Assembly (NCBI GenBank): GCA_973895155.1
Contig: OZ316892.1
Location: forward strand, 16,792,357-16,856,356
DNA length: 64,000 nucleotides
Origin: Marsupella aquatica
Lineage: Eukaryota; Plantae; Marchantiophyta
Reading direction: 5' to 3'
Shown: positions 54,035-64,000 of the stretch, piece by piece
How the letters are laid out: the number at the start of each line of letters is the position of its first letter
Position numbering within the stretch: position 1 is the stretch's first letter
Translations under genes and position numbers: made by a program
The notes under the pieces: generated by a model
Databases searched by the model: none
The model's input: only the letters and a program-made list of their open reading frames with translations
Told to the model about the DNA's origin: nothing

Positions 54035-54983
54035 TTCGACTACCGTTCACGCTGTAGTCTTCGATATGTTGACGGTGGTGTTGGTGGCGAGCGCGCTTCG
54101 CGTAGTCTTTGATATGTTTGAGGGTGGCGTGGCGTGGCGCTTCTGTGCGAAGCGAGCTCACCACCACCACCACCAACAACAAGGAGAATGCCGCGTCTCC
54201 TCTTTACACACCACCAAAACTGGACCCGCAGACCCAATGCAGCAACCACCAGAAGAAAGTGAGGGACCACTCCCCAATCCTCTTCTCGCGATTCCCCACG
54301 CACATGCCGATCGTCCTCCTCCCGCTTCTTAAAATTCTTGATTCCAATCAATCACCGGACCACTCGGACACAAACAGAATCCCCCAAGAGACCAAACTAG
54401 ACCAGACAAGATCACCAGAAAGAGAGAGGGAGAGCAAGACTCAGAATCCACAATCCACAGCTTCAGTGTCCAGGCCTGCCCTCAGAATGGTCACCACTAT
54501 CAAATGAATCAATGCACGAGACTCAAGACCATCCCACAACAAAGGCTCTAGATTGATTCACTCACTCCTCCAAAGGGAAGAGCTGCACGAGAGGAAGAAC
54601 AAACCGCAGCCCACCGTGGACAATGGGGCAAGATTCCATATTCGATCGAAAGTTGCAGCAGCAAAGGACTATTGCGGAAGCAGCACGAGAGAAAGAGGCA
54701 AAGGACTATTCCGCAAAGCAGCAGCACGAGAGAACCTGCAGAGGACTCTTGAGCAAGCCCCTCCCTCTCGGTCCGCTCATCAGTAGTAGTCCCCAGCCGT
54801 GGAAACCCAACCCACAGCGCACTACTACTGTCCAAAGCCAAAGAGCCTCCAAGAAAGCTACTACATTCTCTCTCCACTCATTTTCTATTCCTTTCGGTTC
54901 GGTGTTCGTTCTCGTTTTGCTTTTACTCCACTCTTTGTCTTTTCCGTTTGGCACCCAATGATCATGGAAGCACCAACAAAGCC

Positions 54984-55460
54984 AGGATGGATCACCATGT
55001 AGGACAGAGTACTCCCATGTACCACATTTTGGTGGTCCATGGGAGTTTGGGGCCCATAGTTTGATAATTATGAGTCCTAAAATAGTTTTTAGTTCCCAAT
55101 GGTTATAGAAATTGAACCCAGGATGGAACACCATGTTTGACAGAGTGCTCCCATGGAACACATTTTGATGGTCCATGGGAGTTTGGGGCCCCTTGATGAT
55201 TATGAGTTAGAAAATAGTTGTAGTTTCCAATGATTATGAAACTGAACCCAGGATGGAGCACCATGTTGGACACAATGCTCCCATGGACCAAAGTTTGGAC
55301 ACAGTGCTCCCGTGGACCACATTTTGTCCCATGGAGTTTGGGGCCCATAGCTTGATAATATGAGTCCTAAGATAGTTTTTAGTTTCTAATCATTATAGAA
55401 ATTGAATCAGGATGGACCACCATGTTGGACATAGTGCTCCCTTGGAACACATTTTTATTC
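54984..55460. repeat. Minisatellite, about 135-bp unit, about 3.3 copies
   Basis: GGATGGA.CACCATGTTGGACA.AGTGCTCCCATGGA.CACATTTT...GAGTTTGGGGCCC...AATAGTT...AATTGAACCCA units at about 54984, 55120, 55251 and 55409. Confidence 0.88.
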
Positions 55461-55559
55461 TTGATGGTAACTTGGTTTGGGAATTTATGATTTCCAATCA
55501 CAAGGTGAAGTATTGGATGAAAGATGAACTGTTACATACTCCACTCCAGACTTACAACA

Positions 55560-56290
55560 TTTGTGATGGGATCCTCCATAAGATTGATGTGGTTCCTGTT
55601 TTGGAGAATTATTCAGTATGGTGGCAGGCTTGGTGAAAATTGGCATACTCACAAGACTGGGATTAGTCTTCGGGGTTCTTATATATTGGAGTTGGGAATT
55701 TGTAATCGTTTTCAGTGGAAAGACGGCAAGGATTTCTTCTTTGCCTCGACATCGAGTATCCACAAACTGTTGATGAGCAATTATCAAAGCAGTTTGGTGG
55801 GGCTTAAGAAGTGGCCTATATGGAGATTAGTTTGGTTCCTTCTGATGGCATCATTTGGAACAATGTCTGGAAACCTTACAAAGAAGTAAAGATCAATCAC
55901 TTCCTTTGGCAATTGATTTATCGACTCAATGTCACTAAGCATTTCAACTCAAATTTTAGGAAATGTGGTCTATTGGGGTTTCAAAGACCAACCTTGTGGT
56001 ACTTGGGGGCTTCAAATTCAATGATTATGGGTTTTACCTTATGTTTTATAGTGAACTACCTTGAATGGAAGGGTTGTTGAATATTATAGGGATTAACTAT
56101 AAACTATGCTGAATGGAAATGTTGGTGAGTAGTGTTGATAGTAACTGATGTTGCCAAGAAGTCATACGCTGTGGGGAGTCAAAAAGATGCACCTTTAGGC
56201 CCATCTTGTGGTTAAGAAAATTCGAATCAAAATTGAACCACCAAGGAAGATCAGTAAGTTTGATATTTTGGTAAACATACCATGAGAAAG
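55560..56290 (+). mobile_element. Old degenerate LINE C-terminal (zf-RVT region) fragment, target of the younger LINE insertion
   Basis: ...IIWNNVWKPYKEVKINHFLWQLIYRLNVTK... with frameshifts and stops. Confidence 0.55.
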
Positions 56291-56748
56291 AAACAGTAGT
56301 ATTTTTATTTTTTTTATTTTTTTTATTTTTTTTAGAAAAAGAAAGAGAACCACAATTAAGGGGGCTAAAAGGAGGAGCACACCCAGAGAAGAGAAGCCAA
56401 CAGAAGACCGGACGCCATAAGGGGAGGAGGCGACCATGGAAAAAACCAACACACCGGCAAGCCGGCCGCCAGAGGGAAGGAGGCAACCAAAGCCAAAAGG
56501 GGGAAGAGCCCCCAAAGAAACCAACACCCAAAAAAGGGGAGAACGCCAGCCCCAACCGAAAGGCCGCCAAACCGCCCATAGAGCCAGAACGCACCCTGGG
56601 ACCCGGAAAGATCAAGGCCGACCCCCCACACCACCAGCCAGGAAAGCCAAATCGCAACGTAGACCGCAAGTAAGCCCCAGCAGCACTGAAATCACCGGGA
56701 GCCGACTCCAACCCAGACAGCCACGGAGCCACATCCCACTTATAGAAA

Positions 56749-58586
56749 CCACTTGTAGAGGTATTTTTGAAATGTTGGGATTTTATAGCCCCGGCCTTTC
56801 TTGGCATCTCCTATCCTTTTGGACGGATGGTATTATGATCCCAGGGTTCATAGACGGAGTAATTAAGCTAGTCCCTAAATCCAATGATAAATCCAGGCTC
56901 ACGGACTGGAGACTGATAACTCTTTTGAATATTGCTTACAAGATAGTCGCTAAGTTGATAGCTATTCGGCTTCGACGGGTACTGCCAAAGATGGTTAATT
57001 TTCAGCAAACAGGGTTTGTCCCGGGACGTCAAATTCTGGACAATATATCAATTGCTTGGCTAGCCAGTGACTGGCTTACCACTAATAATGTCCAGGCCCT
57101 TTTTCTGAAGATGGATTTCTCGAAGGCCTTTGATAGAGTTTGTCTAGTCCGAAGCAATACGGGTTTTCCTCCTGCTTTAACTCCGAGCCCGGGTCTGAGA
57201 CCATCCGGGTAGCCCATCAGGCAAGAAGGGCCAAAGCCTGCGTTTTAATGTCCTTAAAGCAATACGGGTTTTAATGTCCTTAAAGCAATACGGGTTTTAA
57301 TGTCCTTAAAGTTTGTATTGTCCGAAGCAATACGGGGGGCTGGGCTTTAAGGAGATTAAAACGCAGGCTTTGGCCCTTCTTGCCTGATGGGCTACCCGGA
57401 TGGTCTCAGACCCGGGCTCGGAGTGGGCTACTCTCTTTTCGGCTAATCTCAGGCTGGCTGCTTGGAAAGAATCGGTTCATCTTCGCCAATTGGGATATTC
57501 TACCATGGATAAATTCTTGTTCTCCACCCCTGCTAGTTTCCGAGGGATGATCTATACGGCTGGGATTTGGAAGGCCTGGTCCCTGATTCGGCGCCACCTG
57601 AATTGGGATTCTAACTCTTCTGCGGTCCCTGCCAGATGGTCTATTGTGGATCTCATTCTCACTTATCTTCACTCCCATCCCTTCCCTACCTCCGCTCGTC
57701 CTTGCCTTTTGCGTGCTTGCTCCCGTATTAACATACATACGATTGCTGACTTGTGGGATTGGGATGCGGGAGAATGGATTAGCTTCTCGTGCAGACTGGC
57801 ACGTTTGCGCGGGGTGGGAGCACAAGCGGCTGGATTCTTATCCAACTTTATTCTGCTCCTCCAAAGCGGACCTCCTCCATTGCTTGATTGCTCCTATGAT
57901 GAATCCCAATGGCATTGGCGGGGCCTGGAGGATCACCCATTCCCCCGGTTGCTCCGTAGTAGTCAGACTTTTAATTTGCTGGATTACTCCTCTCCTGATT
58001 TTGGGATATTTAACGTAAGGTGGGGAGTGTCGGACTCTGTTGGTGTTTGGCAGCGCAGGTGGAGGATTTGGAGCTCTGATCTATCCAATCGCGGGAAGAT
58101 CTTTTTGTGGCGGGTGCTGGCTGCTGGATTGTTCACAGGGAAGCGTGCCCTCCAATGTGGAAGCGGTGACGGCAATGCCCATTTTGCAGAACCTGCCCAG
58201 AGGACAATCCCCATATTTTCTTCCTGTGTCCACAGGCCTCCATTGCATGGAATCGCACGGCATGGTTCTATGAGCGGGTGCCAGCTCTCTCTCACCTGCC
58301 CGGGGGAAGCTCCTTCCTTTGCCTTCTAGACCAGTCTTTGGGCCGGTCTCCCAGGCTCTCCGCTCGTCTTTTTGTTGTGTATGAAACTGTTTGGCTCCTA
58401 TGGAAAAATCGTAACACCATTGTGTTTCGGGGCCAATCTGTCACCTTTTCCCCCTTTGCAGTTGCTTCCTCTATGGTTCTCCACCTTCAGGCGGTGGCGC
58501 AGTGTTCCGACTCTGAAACTCAAGTTCGGCGGCTACACTACGCTGGGAAATACATCTCCAATCCCTTGGCAGCCATCTCCTGCTAA
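56749..58586 (+). pseudogene. LINE ORF2 remnant (RT N-part, post-RT region, zf-RVT); RT core deleted
   Basis: KCWDFIAP, IKLVPK..WRLITLLNIAYKIVAK, QTGFVPGRQILDNI, KMDFSKAFDRV, then a direct jump to PKQYGGLGFKEI. Later KIFLWRVL and WLLWKNRN. No YADD region. Confidence 0.9.
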
Positions 58587-58903
58587 GGCCTCCTCCTTTG
58601 CTTCTTGGCTTCTAGTGCTCCCTGCATAGACCTTTAGTAGCCTTCCCAGTTTTCTTTGGCGGCCTTCACTCCTCGTGCTCTTGGTTCACCACCCTTCTTC
58701 TCTTGTTTGTCCAGGTTTGCCCAATCCCTCTTCGTTCTTTCCCTCTCTATGGGGCACCCCCAGTATATATACTTCTCTCTCTTCTGGTGGGTTTTCGGGG
58801 GCCCTTCCCTGGTCTCCGGTCTCTGCCAACGTCCTCCCCCTGCTCTGGACTTTCCCTCTCGGGTTTTTCTGGCTGGTCTGGGTCGTATCCGATGTGCTCC
58901 CTT

Positions 58904-61900
58904 ATTGTAGAGTAGGGTTTAAGGAAATATAAACTACTTTCCTCTTAAACAACCAGAATTTGTTCCCGTTAAGAGCTTGTGAGACCTAAAAGATTGTATT
59001 AATATACTTTGAGATAGTTAAGCTAACCTATCTCAGATTTTAAGCCTTTACCGACATGCTTAGGTCAGGTGGAAGGAATTTTTAATACATCCTCAGGTAT
59101 TGTGATGTTTGCATCATCAACAGTGCAATAATTAATTCTAAAACTATAACAAAACAACCAAAAGCCGGAGGCGTAAAGAGAGGATTAGGCGAGCCTTAAA
59201 TGTCTCATCTCCTCTCGCCACTTAGCAATCTATGACTAAGTTAGGCACGATTAAGAGTCAACAGAGAGTCTGACTAAATTAGGCTGATGCCTAAAGCTAA
59301 TCCTTAAAGCCAACCATCTAAGAATTTGTAAAAGATGTATATAAGATAGCCCGTATTAACTTTCTGACCTATGTCAAGGCAAAGGTGGTACTGATTACTC
59401 CGAACTAACTTATTCTTCTATTCAATCCTTCAGATTGCTCTTTTAGGACTATGCAATTTGTGAGTTCTCGTATGGTGCTTCTTCCACTAATACTTAATAA
59501 GCCATAAGTATTCCATAGTCAACATGAATCTTTAGACCTTTGCATGGTCTCAGGCATGCATTTCCAGTCAGCCTAAAGGTTGACTATGACATTGCTAGTC
59601 ACTTTACATAGATTTTCTAGCAAGAATGGTCACACACTAATGTCCAAACACAAAGCATAGATCACCAAAATTATGAATCTATTACTTCTCTTCAAAGAAG
59701 GAGACTTTCAAAAGTGCAATGTAAGTCTGAGTAAAATGGTGGAAACTTTCCCTCTTATACTTAGGGGCAAGTCTCCTCTAAACAAAAGTTGAAGAGGTAT
59801 GCCTCTTCAATTCCTAACCTAAGTGTAAAAGTAAAAAGTAATGCTAAAGTCTGAAACTAGACTATGAGATAAAGTGTTCAGCAAAAATTCAAAGTCTAAT
59901 TCTTCCTATACTAAGTTTTATAGGGCTTCAAACACTAAACCGGATCAAAAACCGGGTGGGAAACCGGATGGGAAGCCGGTTCAACTTCCGGATGGAATAA
60001 CTTTTTACTCTTCAGGAGTTGAAGTGTCATGCTTCACCGATGTGGAGTCTACTACTGGATCAATGGAGTTGAGAGGGTTCGGCATGAAAGTGACACCTCC
60101 AAAGGTAGTAGTAAATGGTGAGGTCGGAATGGGTGGAAAATTGGGTGTAACTGTGGTAGAAGTGATATCAAGGTCAGGAGAGTCAGCCCATCCTTCTGCT
60201 GGTGTCACCTGTGGAGATGGAACGGTGACTTTCTCTGCAACTTGAGTCTGCTCCTCATCAGAAAGGTCATAGAATTTCTTCAATTCAGCAAGGATAAGCT
60301 TGAGGAGATGCATTCTTCCACCTTTTCACCATAGTCATGTGCAATCTGGATGACTAAGGGCATGAGAAGGGGATTGGGAACATCAATGAAGTACTGCCTG
60401 AATAGTTGGGTCTGTACCAGGTCCTCTCCTTTGGTTTCTACTAAGGGTTCCAGGTGATCCATAGCTCTGGAAATGTTATCGAAGAGTAGTTGCTCCGCTG
60501 TGGTCTTCTCCTTTGCCTTGTTCAGCAACTGTTCAAGATGATAGTTCTTCTTCTTCTCTTCCTCTAATGATTTCTCTAGCTGCTCAATCTTGACCTTGTT
60601 CTCATCTCCTTTCATCAGGTCCTCCACTTTCTTCACAAGGTCAGCAGGAGCCACACCAGTCACCTGGGAGAGCCTTGAGAGCACTGGTTCCATGATTCCC
60701 ATCTTGGTCTTGATGGCCGAAAGATCCTTGAATAAACAAGAAAAATGGTGTAAGGTAGAGTGTGAAAGACCGGCTGAAGAGGTAGTAGCGCCACTCATTG
60801 GGTAGGAAACCGGGTCAGAAACCGGTTCAGAAGCCGGATCAGAAGCCGGCTCAGTTTTGTCGAGCTTTCGCTTCCTGGTTGGCCCTACAAAGTCGATCTC
60901 TTCTGGCTCTGGGTCATCTTCAGACTCTGGTAAGCTCTGAATTTCTGGATCCAAGACTCCATATTTCACATAGCTGCTCTTGGTGCCAAATGCACTCTTC
61001 TCATGTTTGAATAAGGTTTGGTCATGAGAGTATAGATGTACCAAGTAACAGGAGAGAGCAGTGGGGGCTCTGTTGGACAGGGCGGAGACCTGCTTCTCTA
61101 GAACACTTGAGAAGATAGTAGCCCATGATACCTCTCTGGTTTTGAAGAAGGAAGCAATGATAGTACTTCCTACTTTAAGAATCACCCTCCTTGGTTTCTC
61201 TGGATAGATGAGGGGGACTAGGAATGCCATCACGTTCCTGAGGTCCTTGTGAGTACACTGGTTGATGGTCCATCCCTCTTTGGCATCCATCTTGCCACCA
61301 AAGTATTCCACTGTGAGATTCTCTCCTCTGGGGCAAAAGCCACTCCCTTTCACTGGTAGCTGAAAAGCTTCTCCAACGAATGCCTTGGTCCAAGCTTCTG
61401 GTCGAGCTCGTGCAGTCTTCTGAAATTCTGTGGGAGGAACTCCTGCCAGCACTTCCCTTACCATGTCTTCACTCAGAAATCCCCAAGTAAGATCCATCAA
61501 GGAGGCACAACCCATTAGTGTAAGATCTTTTCGGAGCTGTTCCTTCTCAGCTGCATCAGTAGGAATGAGGGGTCTCAGGGGCTTCATGGTGATCTGAGCC
61601 TCTTTCCTCTTTGAACGTCGTACTTCAGGCTTTACTGGAGTCCCACTCTGAGTCTTGGAAGAAGGACTGCTCTTGGCACTCTTCATACTGCCTGGTAGTT
61701 GGAGTAGCAAACAGATTTGAACCGGTGAAGACAGAAGGTAGGAGCTAGAAGTGAATATAGCCTCTATAATTACTACATCGCGTATATCAGCCAACCTTCT
61801 CCATCTCAGCACACTTTCAGCGACAACTAACGTCCAGCAAGCGAGATATAGCAGAAACCGGTATGCCACCGGTTCAGTTCCGGTTCAGAAACCGGCTCAA

Positions 61901-62534
61901 GCCCCGGAAGTAGACAACTATCAAAACAGGGGGCCTTAGCGCCAATCTCCACATCCCCAGCCTTCCCTCCAAGCGTAGGAGTAGGCTGCCACCTCACACG
62001 AGTCGGTCAAGGCTCTCTTATACCTTTCTCTCACAGAAACTAGAATGGTCCTATAATCCGGACCCAAGATCCTCAACCGGAAGGGAAGAGCCTCCTTTCT
62101 CTACTTCTTAGGCAAGCCTATTCACTCGGGAGCTCAAAACTTACTATGTTCAGCTTTGCGAGGTGTGAGAAGAGAAGAACCGGTTCGGCCTTAAGAGGGA
62201 TTCCGGCTCACTGTCAGGAGTCCAATGCTTATGGGTTTTCCCCAGGACGAAGAGCGTAGCCTCGGCTTCAAGATCCTGGTGTCAGATGTTCTTGATAGCG
62301 TTCGGAGACGATTTTATGGCTTCCGGTTCGTGGTCTGGTTTCCTTCTTTTTACCAAGAAATATTTTCTTCCGGTTGAGCCTCTTTTCCTTCTCTTAATCT
62401 CTTGAATGGTTGTTAGACTTTCAATAATGGTTTTGTTAGCATTTAAGGTTCTTCCTTCCCGCTTCAAAGGCAAAAAAAATTAATTTTTCCACTTTCTTTA
62501 TTCCTTTCTTGTTAACCATGTTATCACACTTATG
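58904..62534 (-). mobile_element. Captured fragment of a probable Ty3/Gypsy LTR retrotransposon (accessory ORF plus LTR-like end)
   Basis: Flanked by 13-bp direct repeat GATGTGCTCCCTT (58891-58903, 62535-62547). Left end AT-TGTAGAG (LTR-like TG/CA terminus). Carries an ORF resembling bryophyte retrotransposon-associated hypothetical proteins. Confidence 0.7.
60005..61686 (-). CDS. Retrotransposon-associated protein of unknown function (468 aa from ATG 61686; about 560 aa if one frameshift near 60305 is repaired)
   Basis: Domain ...LTWGFLSEDMVRE...RARPEAWT...KEGWTINQC...FLVPLIYPEKPRRV...REVSWA...LSCYLVHLY, then an acidic/Pro linker, a coiled coil and a P/T-rich tail in the shifted frame (60005-60313). 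Confidence 0.75.
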
Positions 62535-64000
62535 GATGTGCTCCCTTCGGCTTTGGCGCTCCCCCTTTTGGAGGGCTTTGCTTCGGTCCTGGTGTGCGGC
62601 TGGCCGGCGGTATTTCATGGTCCGGATCCTCTTCTTCCTCGGATGGTCCGGTCGGCAGCTCTGGGCTGCAGTTTGGTGGTTCGGCTTGGCGCTCGGCATT
62701 CCCCGCTTCTGATTTTCTCGACCCAGCTCTGGGCTTGGGGGATCCTTGCCTGGGTGGATCTTATCCCGGCTCCCGGCTTCCTTTCTCCTCTGCTATGACA
62801 TTAGGCTATAGATTTTCTTTGGACTGGTGGGGGTGGCTGCTTTCCTTCGTGGCAACCGGCTCCTCGGTTATTCTTCCTTCTTTCGCCCTGACTTTGGGCT
62901 GACATTTTTGCTGTCTTGTTCCGTATTTTAGTCTCCGGGATTCTCTCTAGCATAGTGATTAGTTACTATTAGCGTCTTGGCACACATTCTCCTCTCACCA
63001 CCCCGGGTTGGCTACTCTCATTCTGATTTGCGTTGCCATGCTCCTCATTTTGTCAGGAGGTACTCCTTGGATCAGTTGGGGTTTTGGCTGGCTCCCTTCT
63101 CCACTGGGCCGGATTGCCTGCTGTTGGTATTGGGGTGCTCCCTTTCCTTGGGGTCCTCTCTCGGCATGGATGGATCTGTCCTCTTGGGATCCTCCCTGGC
63201 GCTGGGGCCAACTTTGAGTCGTTTCCGATGCTCTGGATCTGCCTCGGGTCTTCTTTTGTGATCTCTCGGTTGACGCTATTCTCCCGATGCCGCGGCTCCC
63301 AACACCTATTCAACTGCTCTCCACTGGGCTCCTGATCTTGCTCCCTGCTGGACTTCGATGGCTCCTTCACATGATTGGCTGATAGCTGGTGCCTCTCTTG
63401 TGGGACCCATCCCCCCTTGGTCCATGTGGCTGCCCCCATTTTCCATCATCAATGGCTCCCGGGTTGAGATTCTGGTGGGGTCGGTGATGCAGACTTGGCG
63501 TAGACTGGGGGCCACTGTCTTTCCTCCTGTCTTGGGTCGAAGGTTTGGAGCATACCTCTTGCGTGGTTTCTCGAGTTGCTGGTGCTGCTGTTTTTCTGGC
63601 GGTTCCTGCTGCTTTCTATAAGTAAGAAACAGTAGTATTGCATATTAAAGTGTTTAGATAGATAGATTGGTCATATTCTCTCCACACCTTCCCCTTTGTA
63701 TTGAACTCTAGTGCCTAGTTAAGCTAATTGGAGCAACCCATGGAGCAATCAATGCTTAGCCGTAGTTAAGAGTCACTGAGGTTAGACTAGTGGAGAGTAG
63801 CTATACCCTGGAGTACTTCTTTGTGCTCACACTTAAAGATCAGTTTCTTGAGTGAGATATAAGAGAGAGAAGAAGACTTAGAGTACTATTCCATCAGCCC
63901 TCAAGCGGGCTCTCACCCTCAAAGTGCTATCACCCTGAATTGCGTTTGAGGGCAAGTTTGAGTCTCATTCCATGGCGCCCACATCATTTGATCATGGTGA

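Larger units (their letters stand above)
56304..63623. mobile_element. 5'-truncated plant L1-clade LINE with internal inversion, containing a nested insert
   Basis: 16-bp TSD AAGAAACAGTAGTATT at 56288-56303 and 63624-63639. (A8T)n tail on - at 56302-56333. Terminal 3' UTR segment on - (56334-56748). RT, zf-RVT and the rest of the 3' UTR on + (56749-58903, 62548-63623). Confidence 0.88.

Noticed and set aside
54040-54961. Cluster of 70-130 aa ORFs upstream of the MATE gene
   Set aside because: Low-complexity leader/promoter sequence, open in many frames, with no motifs.
56097-56807. 236-aa and overlapping ORFs; likewise the many ORFs in 62436-63643
   Set aside because: A-poor LINE 3' UTR with few stop codons. 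Open in several frames and both strands, with no domain motifs.
62282-62473. Chromodomain-like peptide IQEIKRRKRGSTGRKYFLVKRR as the end of a chromovirus pol
   Set aside because: It lacks the conserved aromatic residues (W.G, WEP). Suggestive only, so not annotated.

Overview
Nuclear DNA of a non-seed land plant, probably a bryophyte (inferred from intron-rich plant genes and a retrotransposon ORF family I recognise from liverwort/moss genomes). There are five intron-containing host genes: a CLC-d anion/H+ exchanger (-), an SLC7/LAT-type amino-acid transporter (+), a partly resolved gene of unknown function (-), a plastid folate-biopterin transporter (+) and a plastid MATE/DTX46-like transporter (-). 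Mobile DNA includes a complete-looking PIF/Harbinger transposon (14-bp TIRs, TAA TSD, C-terminally damaged transposase), a young but internally deleted Copia element (332-bp LTRs, ATTAC TSD) and several MITE-like and tandem repeats. The most striking structure is at 56288-63639. It is a single LINE insertion bounded by a 16-bp TSD, with a twin-priming-type inversion. Its RT core is replaced by a templated filler, and its 3' UTR holds a 3.6-kb LTR-retrotransposon-like fragment with a long unknown ORF, flanked by an atypical 13-bp duplication. Gene models were built by eye from GT-AG boundaries. No database searches were run.
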